Shown: piece after piece, positions 57,118 to 64,000 of the stretch | Layout: every line of letters begins with the position of its first letter | How positions within the stretch are numbered: the stretch's first letter is position 1 | Assembly (NCBI GenBank): GCA_000146045.2 | Contig: BK006947.3 | Location: forward strand, 64,001 to 128,000 | DNA from: TPA_inf: Saccharomyces | Taxonomy: Eukaryota | DNA: 64,000 nt | Direction of reading: 5' to 3' | Program-made: the position numbers and the translations under genes | Notes under the pieces: generated by a model | Seen by the model: the letters and a program-made list of their open reading frames with translations, nothing else | What the model was told of the DNA's origin: nothing | Database searches by the model: none

Positions 57118-58170
57118 TCAAACTAATGGCTTAGATTCATTGGGCCAGTCTTCATTTTGTAATTCCGGAACAATAGTCAAGACTTTCCCGGTCAATATCA
57201 CATTCTTTGCATTTTCAACGACCAGTTCTTCCATTTTCTTTCTTGTTTCTACACTATGTGTGCCCATATGAGGCAGTCCTAAGACTTGGGACATCGATAA
57301 TAACTCTTTGGATATTTTTGGCTCATATTCGAAAACGTCCAAACCAGCACTTCTAATCTTTCCAGAACGCAAAGCATCAGTCATGGCTTGTTCGTCTATC
57401 ACGGCACCACGCGCTGTGTTAACAATAACTACACCATCTTTCATTTTTTCAATAGTCTCTGCATTGATTAGATGGTGAGTATTGTGGTTCAGTGGGACGT
57501 TTACAGATACTATATCAGAACGCTTCAAAAACTCCTCGAATCCTACATATTCACAACCATGCTCTTCTTCGGAAGGAAGCTGGTGTCTGTTATGATATAT
57601 GAAATTCTCGAACCCAAACGGCTTCAATCTCTCTAAAATACAACGACCAATCCTACCTAGACCCAGTATACCAACTGTTTTCCCTTCAGGGTCGTATCCA
57701 AAGGGAGAACCACATGCGGGTCCTGCCTCCGGCCAGTTTCCCTCGATCAACCTTCTGTTACCAATACCGAAGTTTCTTAGGGCACCCAATAGCAAAAATA
57801 CATGCGTATCAGCGGTAGCATTGCTAACTAAATCAGGAACATTGGCAACCTGGATGTGCCTTTTCTTGAATGGCTCAACATCAATTTGGTCATAACCAGC
57901 ACCAGTATGACATACAGCCACTACGGAGGAGGGCAAAGCAAGAGCAAGCTCTTCATCAAATCTACCGGTGTTTTTCACACTCCTTGCTGTTCTAGTAATG
58001 ACTTGTACTTGGGAGAGCTTATTTTGTGGGTCTTTTACCTCCCGCAAAAACTGTTCTCTAGTGGTGGATTCAGGGATGGTAATTACATCCGCAATCTTTT
58101 CCAATTCCCCCCAGGCTTGGTCACCAAAGGCATCCTTTCCTAATTTCAAAACAATTGGTTTCTTACTCAT
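57118..58170 (-). CDS. GOR1: Glyoxylate reductase, D-isomer-specific 2-hydroxyacid dehydrogenase (350 aa)
   Basis: Has the NAD-binding motif GILGLGRIG and catalytic His/Glu/Arg signatures. The true start is MSKKPIVLKLG at 58170. The upstream 20 codons of the track ORF begin with a non-ATG codon. Confidence 0.9.
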   Translation of the reverse strand: MSKKPIVLKLGKDAFGDQAWGELEKIADVITIPESTTREQFLREVKDPQNKLSQVQVITRTARSVKNTGRFDEELALALPSSVVAVCHTGAGYDQIDVEPFKKRHIQVANVPDLVSNATADTHVFLLLGALRNFGIGNRRLIEGNWPEAGPACGSPFGYDPEGKTVGILGLGRIGRCILERLKPFGFENFIYHNRHQLPSEEEHGCEYVGFEEFLKRSDIVSVNVPLNHNTHHLINAETIEKMKDGVVIVNTARGAVIDEQAMTDALRSGKIRSAGLDVFEYEPKISKELLSMSQVLGLPHMGTHSVETRKKMEELVVENAKNVILTGKVLTIVPELQNEDWPNESKPLV

Positions 58171-58727
58171 ATTCTCTTCTCCTCTTCTTGCTCGTTTATG
58201 TATTGTTAATACTTCGGTATTGTAGAGCAATAATCATGTAGAAGGATTTCCCTAACGTAACAACAAGGCCAATAGAATTTACTTTTTATATGCTCGAGAT
58301 TAGTGAAAAATGGGATAAGATTGCCTTGTTATCCCCGCCCCCTGCCAAGACTTTTGCAGATTTTAAGTCCGCTCTCGGTCCTACGTAATAAATGCCTGGA
58401 GAAGCTCTAGAGCTAATTGCGTCGTCCTTCAGGAATTCTGAAGACCACAGCAACGCAATCAGATGGCGGAACCACATTATGAAGCCAAGTGAGGTGTATA
58501 CAGAGTTATACGTACTTTTCATCCATCCCCGCTCGGTTTCACCGTTCATAACGCTGGTTTTCACTGCCACTTCTCATATCAAGTCAGCGAAATAACCAGT
58601 AGTTGTCCTGTATATAGGCATCCCTACCGTTTGCTTTAGGAAGCTGTTCTGTGTTACTATCACAACTGGGTAGTGCCCTGTATGAATTGCTTCCCTGTGG
58701 AAATGGCCCTTCCATTATGCTACTTTG

Positions 58728-58752
58728 ACGCGTTTACTGCCGCATTACGCGT
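58728..58752. promoter_or_regulatory. Two MluI cell-cycle box elements (ACGCGT at 58728-58733 and 58747-58752), 130-155 bp upstream of TOF1
   Basis: Exact ACGCGT hexamers. TOF1 is a replication-fork gene expected to be MBF (G1/S) regulated. Confidence 0.55.
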
Positions 58753-58882
58753 TTACGATGAAAAATTAAAATGAGTATTAAGGATTTTTCAAATGAGATA
58801 TGGTTCGTAAGTCGCCTCACATATGATAATACCATCTAGCTTGTGGGGTTTAGTGTATCTTTAATATAGGAGGGCGCACACT

Positions 58883-61800
58883 ATGTCTGCTGATTTGCAA
58901 CAAGGCACTACAAATGCGGCTGATTTCTCTCTGACGGTACTTAGAGCAAGAATTGCTTTATTGGCAACTGCCATCGGTGGGCCGGATTATACTTCCCAGA
59001 TAGACCCACCCCCTTATAAGCTTGGCGATGACTGTTTGGCGTGCTTAAAAGATCTGAAAAGATGGTTTAAACTAGTGGATGACCAGCAGAAAAGATGGGA
59101 TGTGGCAATGGCAGTAGCTGAATATCGCATCTTGACGGATGATCTGTTACCTATTCTGATAGATTGGGAAAACAAATGTTCTCTTGCAGCAAAGCTTGCA
59201 AAGAACAACCCAGACCATGAAGAGTTTAGAAACAAAGCTTATTACGATAAAATTGCGCTAAATTGTCTACAACTATTGGTCCTTATGACTTGGCCTTTAA
59301 TTGTAACTGAACAGTCTTCATCAAATCAAATTACTCTCTATGGTGAGCTAAAGAAGCATCAATTGGTATACAAGAAAACGATTCTGTCTATGGAAAGTGG
59401 TAAAGTGTTAAGAGCTGCCATTAGATTGGCTCTGGATGTTATCAAAATCGACCGATTATCAAGAACTCCTAGGGACAATATGGTTCTCAAATTGGTTTTG
59501 AATTTTTTCAGAAATGTCATTGCTATAGAACCCGGTGAATTTACTATCAATACTAAGAAAAGCATGCCTAAGAAAGGTATCACATCTATCGATACTTTGC
59601 CACCAAACGTCTCTATGGATGACATCTCTTTAAATACGGTTATTTCCTCATTCCATAAAAACAAGGTATTCGGTTTCCTCTTAACGCTGACCAGCTCCTT
59701 ATCAAAAGAGTTTGACCAGGACTTTATCAATATCCCACTGTTGGAGATTATGTTCTACTTCACTAAAGATGTTAACCAAGAACTGCTATTCCCTCGACAG
59801 TTCGAAACCGGGACACATTCAAAGGTGGTAAATAAAAATGAGAGCTCCTCTGCTAATAACATTGTTACAAGTGCAGGTTTTGAACTATCGAAGTTATTAC
59901 AAAAGGAACACCAAATGAGAAAAAACGTTATCAAGCATACATCTGCAAGACACTCCAGATTTGGTGGTCTTTTATCTATACAAACACCAGATAAAACTAG
60001 GTTAACTGTTTCTGGTAGCCAAGCTCTCGTAGATGAAAAAATAGCGCTCCAAAAACTAGATGACAGCAAAAAATGGAATAAAAGAATAATTAAAAAGCAT
60101 CAATCTGTCGCAGCTGAGGGCTTACCGAATAGTCTCTTGAATTCACAAACCGGTAAAGCTATTTTTTTCACCGAATCAAATGGTAAACATTTCAAAGAAT
60201 TCATCAACAACTTTATAGATTCCGGCTTTAACATCTTGTTGCATAGTGTGACGAACTACTTCACAACTGAGCAGGATAGGATGGTAACTTTGGAGCAAGT
60301 CGAATATTTACTTTTCTTTGCATGGTTTGTTAAATACCAGTTGTTGAGGTCCAAAATCGACAATTCCGCAGATATAAAGCAAGTTTCAGAAGCCTTGAAA
60401 GAGGTGACTTTCATTCTAGTGTCTTCTCTTTTAAGAAGCGCATATGACCTGAAAAATTGGACAGTGACACATGCTGGTATGATTGCATTTAATGAACTGT
60501 TGAACCTCGTTTCCCGTACAAAGGCCGCTCAAGAAGAGGATTCGACCGATATAGAATTCATTGTAAGTAGGCTTTTCAGTGACGAGAGAATACAATTACT
60601 GTCAAATCTGCCGAAGATTGGTTCCAAATACTCCCTCCAATTCATGAAAAGTTGCATTGAACTAACACACTCGGTATTGAAAGTATTAGAGCAATACTCT
60701 GACGATAAAACATTAGTTATTGAAGGCAAATCAAGACGGCAAAAAAAGTTTAATATTTCAGAAGGTGATATTACTAAATTGATAGAAGAAGAAAATGTAG
60801 ATAGAGATGAAGCGCTTGATATTCTAACCTCTTCTTTAAGAAGTATAGAAGTCAATTTTCAAAAGGTGCAAGCCAACTATATGACAGAACCGGTAATAGA
60901 AACGTACATTAATTTCCTTGAAAGATTTCGTGAGCTTGAGGACGATTCCATTAAAAAAGTATTTTCCTTTTTCCATAGAGTATTTGTTCAGGCAAAAGAA
61001 CAGGCATTGTTATTTAGATTTGATTTGATAATATTATTAAGAGAAATGCTTTCACCTGACGGATTAGATAGAATGTCTCGTTCAAGGAAATATGTGAGTC
61101 AATTTTCAGACTACTTCCTCGCCAGGTTGAAGAAAAGGTTAAAGAAATCACCTGCTTGGTTTGTTGGATTACTTTTCCCGCCATTACACAATAGTGAAGT
61201 AGGATTTTACCAAAGATATGGTGAATATAATGTACTTAATAATGAATCAATGTATGCCGCTCCTGCATCACAGTTCAAACCAATTCCCGATGAAGAAGCC
61301 TTACCACCTTCGATTTTGTTGGATATGAAATATGGTGTTTTAGTTTCCACATTACTTGATGATGGAAAAACTGAACTATTGGACCAACTGCTCAAGCATA
61401 TAACCCACACACTAGATATTTTTAAGTCGTGGCTAACCGTAAATGTTAATGCTGGGAAAGAAACAGTTAATCCACCCAATGAATATTTCACATTGACAGG
61501 TGTACTCAACAACGACCCTATTTTTAAAGATAAGGACTACAGGGCTTTATTGTTGCTGATAGGATACTCCATTCCACGTAAAATCAATGAACCTTGTTTT
61601 TTACCGGGGACTGTTGAAGTTTCTGACCTGACTGTTTCTTGTGAACTAGTGAAAAAATACTTATCAACACCATTTGAAACTCCAAACGGACTGCCTTCTT
61701 CTTCCTATCTTCTACGAGTTCGTTCAGAAAAGGATAGTTTTTCTCACAATGAACAAGATGGATGGGAAGGAGACGATGATTATGATTACAACGATCCCTA

Positions 61801-62599
61801 CATTGTTCCAGATGATCAAATTTTATCGAAAAGCGACGCAGCATACTTCAAGGATTTAGATAACAATGCATCAGATAAACTTAAAGGTACCAAATTCAGT
61901 AAAGGGATTGCGAGATCCAAAAAAAAAGATAAGAGGAAGCGTAGGAAAGGAGAAGCCAAGACTAATTTGCCAATGTTTGGCGACCAGGATGATGAACGAC
62001 CTCAGACCGTTAGAGAACGCCATGGCGTATTCAGTAAAGAGTTTATTAGTGATTCAGAAGATGACGAGGATTTGATGAACCCTATATTTTTTGAAAACGA
62101 AACATATATGAGATGGTTACTAGATAAAAACAATGGTCAGTTGACCGAGGATAGATATATCCAGTTTGCCAAATTTGCCGCGGAAAGGATGAATAATGGG
62201 GGTGTTGTGACAGGAGATTATACGAGCTTGTTTGGTGGATCCATACCAAGTATTGAAAGCATAAGAGCTACAGAAAGTAGTTCCTTTGCGCCAGATAAAA
62301 GCCTCATTTCTTTAGCAAGCCACGTGGCATCTGAAATGTCTATTTTCGATGTAAATAATAACAATAATAATCAACTCTCTGATGACGATGTCAACTCGGA
62401 ATCAAGAAATAGTTTGGGCTCATCACAGCCATCAAATTCGCAAAATATGTTCCAATCTGAGGTGTATAGCAGAAAAGAATCTACAAAGCGTTCTTTGGAA
62501 GCGAGTGCAGCCGATGAAAGCGATGAAGATGAAGAGGCCATCCGCCTTTTTGGCAAAAAGTCTAGAGTTGTTTTGAGCCAAGGTGATAGTGATGATTGA
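58883..62599 (+). CDS. TOF1: Replication fork protection complex subunit, Timeless homolog (1238 aa)
   Basis: A 1238-aa ORF with a Timeless N-terminal domain and an acidic/Ser-rich C-terminus. Confidence 0.93.
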   Translation: MSADLQQGTTNAADFSLTVLRARIALLATAIGGPDYTSQIDPPPYKLGDDCLACLKDLKRWFKLVDDQQKRWDVAMAVAEYRILTDDLLPILIDWENKCSLAAKLAKNNPDHEEFRNKAYYDKIALNCLQLLVLMTWPLIVTEQSSSNQITLYGELKKHQLVYKKTILSMESGKVLRAAIRLALDVIKIDRLSRTPRDNMVLKLVLNFFRNVIAIEPGEFTINTKKSMPKKGITSIDTLPPNVSMDDISLNTVISSFHKNKVFGFLLTLTSSLSKEFDQDFINIPLLEIMFYFTKDVNQELLFPRQFETGTHSKVVNKNESSSANNIVTSAGFELSKLLQKEHQMRKNVIKHTSARHSRFGGLLSIQTPDKTRLTVSGSQALVDEKIALQKLDDSKKWNKRIIKKHQSVAAEGLPNSLLNSQTGKAIFFTESNGKHFKEFINNFIDSGFNILLHSVTNYFTTEQDRMVTLEQVEYLLFFAWFVKYQLLRSKIDNSADIKQVSEALKEVTFILVSSLLRSAYDLKNWTVTHAGMIAFNELLNLVSRTKAAQEEDSTDIEFIVSRLFSDERIQLLSNLPKIGSKYSLQFMKSCIELTHSVLKVLEQYSDDKTLVIEGKSRRQKKFNISEGDITKLIEEENVDRDEALDILTSSLRSIEVNFQKVQANYMTEPVIETYINFLERFRELEDDSIKKVFSFFHRVFVQAKEQALLFRFDLIILLREMLSPDGLDRMSRSRKYVSQFSDYFLARLKKRLKKSPAWFVGLLFPPLHNSEVGFYQRYGEYNVLNNESMYAAPASQFKPIPDEEALPPSILLDMKYGVLVSTLLDDGKTELLDQLLKHITHTLDIFKSWLTVNVNAGKETVNPPNEYFTLTGVLNNDPIFKDKDYRALLLLIGYSIPRKINEPCFLPGTVEVSDLTVSCELVKKYLSTPFETPNGLPSSSYLLRVRSEKDSFSHNEQDGWEGDDDYDYNDPYIVPDDQILSKSDAAYFKDLDNNASDKLKGTKFSKGIARSKKKDKRKRRKGEAKTNLPMFGDQDDERPQTVRERHGVFSKEFISDSEDDEDLMNPIFFENETYMRWLLDKNNGQLTEDRYIQFAKFAAERMNNGGVVTGDYTSLFGGSIPSIESIRATESSSFAPDKSLISLASHVASEMSIFDVNNNNNNQLSDDDVNSESRNSLGSSQPSNSQNMFQSEVYSRKESTKRSLEASAADESDEDEEAIRLFGKKSRVVLSQGDSDD

Positions 62600-62804
62600 G
62601 AATGAATATGTAGTAATTAATCCCTTTAATACGTGTAATTTTAGAACCACTTCTTTACTCTGTTTTTAAGTTCAAAGTATTGACATAATATTAAAACAAT
62701 ACATGCGATTCATTCTTTATCATTACCTATATTTTTCTAAGTTGTTGAACATCTTAAGGAACTCAAATGTCCATTAGGACACATAAAATTAAATATTATA
62801 TAAT

Positions 62805-64000
62805 TTATTGCTGTTCCTGGGCATCATCGAAATTGTCATCATTGCTTGAAGACGCATGCAATCCGCTACTAGGACTATTTTCCCCTATTTGTTCTTGGGT
62901 TTTGTCGCCTATCGTCAAGTTTGTCTTTAAAGTTTTTTCATTATTATCCTTCTTAGAGTTCTCGTCTCCAGAAGATGCCCTCTTCGAGGATATATTTTGT
63001 TTTACATTAGACTCAGCGTTTTCAAATTCAGTCTGATCAATTGCGCTTTCTTCTCTAAATTGCTCTTCTAAATCATCCAAATCTTGGAGTAACTTCTTCT
63101 TTTGTATCTTGCGTTGAGGAGCCTTTTTCTTTATTATAGAACGACCTTTTTTATCTCCGCAATCGCTGTTTTCTTCATTATTATTTGCCGACTTAATGCT
63201 ACTTTTGTCATCTTTCGTTACCGTGTCATCACCTTCACCGTTGTCTATACTCTCTGGTGAACTAGAATCTGCGCTACTTGTAGTAGAATCTGCTAGAGAA
63301 GATTCATCTTCTGATGAACTATCTGCGGTTGAATTATCTGTGGAAGACCCATCTGAAGAGGATTCATCACTTGAAGATTCACCCGTAATTTCATTTTCCA
63401 TATCTCCACTTTCAAAGTCAAAAGCGTCGCTCTTTTGACTTTCTTCTGCGCTAGATGAAGAAAAAGGTCTTTTTGCGTCCTGCTTCCAAAGAGCTTTGTC
63501 CTGCAAGCGAACCGATATAGCATCGTTTTGATCCTCATCGCTGTCATCCTCAACTAACGGTCCAATTTTTGAAGAAATTGAATCATCCACTGCCCATATG
63601 CCAATATGAGTCCAATGAAGTATACAACGCAATTTACACAATTGCAGCCATGCTCTTTGAATATTAGTGGTAGGTTGTCCTGGCTTTGCATTTGTTTCAG
63701 AAGAAAAAATCTCCATCTTTGGCTTATTTTTTGTTGAAGAATTGATACCAAGTCCTGCCATAAAACTTAAACGTTTGGTTTTTTTGTCTTGAGAAGAAAC
63801 CCTGCCGTCTCTTTTGGTATGCTTCGTTACTTCAGAGAATTTTTCCAAATCTTCCTTGGTAATGTTCTGCGTCGTTAGCTTTTCTAAATGCCATGCGCCT
63901 ACCTTCAATGATCTCAGGAAAGCAAAGATTTCACATGTCTGCCGCAACTTTAGCAAACACCAATGACACAAGGGATACGTATTCGTAACTTGTTCTTTAC
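62805..64000 (-). CDS. SEC2: C-terminal part of the Sec4 guanine-nucleotide exchange factor. The gene continues beyond the right window edge.
   Basis: The minus-strand frame is open to position 64000. The track start at 63971 is a TTG codon. The visible C-terminal portion is Ser/Asp/Glu-rich. The call rests on synteny with TOF1. Confidence 0.7.
   Translation of the reverse strand, partial: KEQVTNTYPLCHWCLLKLRQTCEIFAFLRSLKVGAWHLEKLTTQNITKEDLEKFSEVTKHTKRDGRVSSQDKKTKRLSFMAGLGINSSTKNKPKMEIFSSETNAKPGQPTTNIQRAWLQLCKLRCILHWTHIGIWAVDDSISSKIGPLVEDDSDEDQNDAISVRLQDKALWKQDAKRPFSSSSAEESQKSDAFDFESGDMENEITGESSSDESSSDGSSTDNSTADSSSEDESSLADSTTSSADSSSPESIDNGEGDDTVTKDDKSSIKSANNNEENSDCGDKKGRSIIKKKAPQRKIQKKKLLQDLDDLEEQFREESAIDQTEFENAESNVKQNISSKRASSGDENSKKDNNEKTLKTNLTIGDKTQEQIGENSPSSGLHASSSNDDNFDDAQEQQ

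Overview
This window is Saccharomyces cerevisiae nuclear DNA from the left arm of chromosome XIV. It runs from the 5' end of RPL18B (YNL301C) to the C-terminal part of SEC2 (YNL272C). I placed it there because the protein translations are recognisable and the gene order is a long collinear run. From memory it corresponds roughly to S288C chrXIV 64-128 kb; I have not verified that. The window is gene-dense, with about 27 protein-coding genes on both strands. In order they are: RPL18B (5' exon plus intron), TOS6, TRF5, CLA4, MON2, MRX6, RIM21, MSB3, PUS4, MID1, RFC3, PCL1, CAF40, SEC21, CUS2, MRPL10, WSC2, POP3, HCH1, ERG24, PRM1, CAF120, MET2, BOR1, GOR1, TOF1 and SEC2 (partial). Three tRNA genes are present: tRNA-Gly(UCC), tRNA-Asn(GUU) and tRNA-Thr(AGU). 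One apparently intact full-length Ty1 retrotransposon is present. It has identical 332-bp LTRs, a GTGTT target-site duplication, the tRNAiMet primer-binding site, a polypurine tract and the CTTAGGC +1 frameshift site. It is inserted about 290 bp upstream of tRNA-Gly. It is flanked by older LTR debris: scrambled delta pieces, a truncated sigma next to tRNA-Asn, and a delta-like fragment upstream of tRNA-Thr. The ORF track uses non-ATG (GTG/TTG) starts, so several true starts are internal ATGs (CLA4, CUS2, ERG24, PRM1, CAF120, GOR1). I also found promoter motifs that fit the known biology. These are pheromone response elements before PRM1, Swi4/Swi6 (SCB/MCB-like) sites before PCL1, MCB sites before TOF1, and Cbf1 sites before MET2. 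This is an ordinary, well-characterised yeast chromosomal region. I see no evidence of an undescribed biological system. The most unusual structure is the tRNA-associated retrotransposon cluster.
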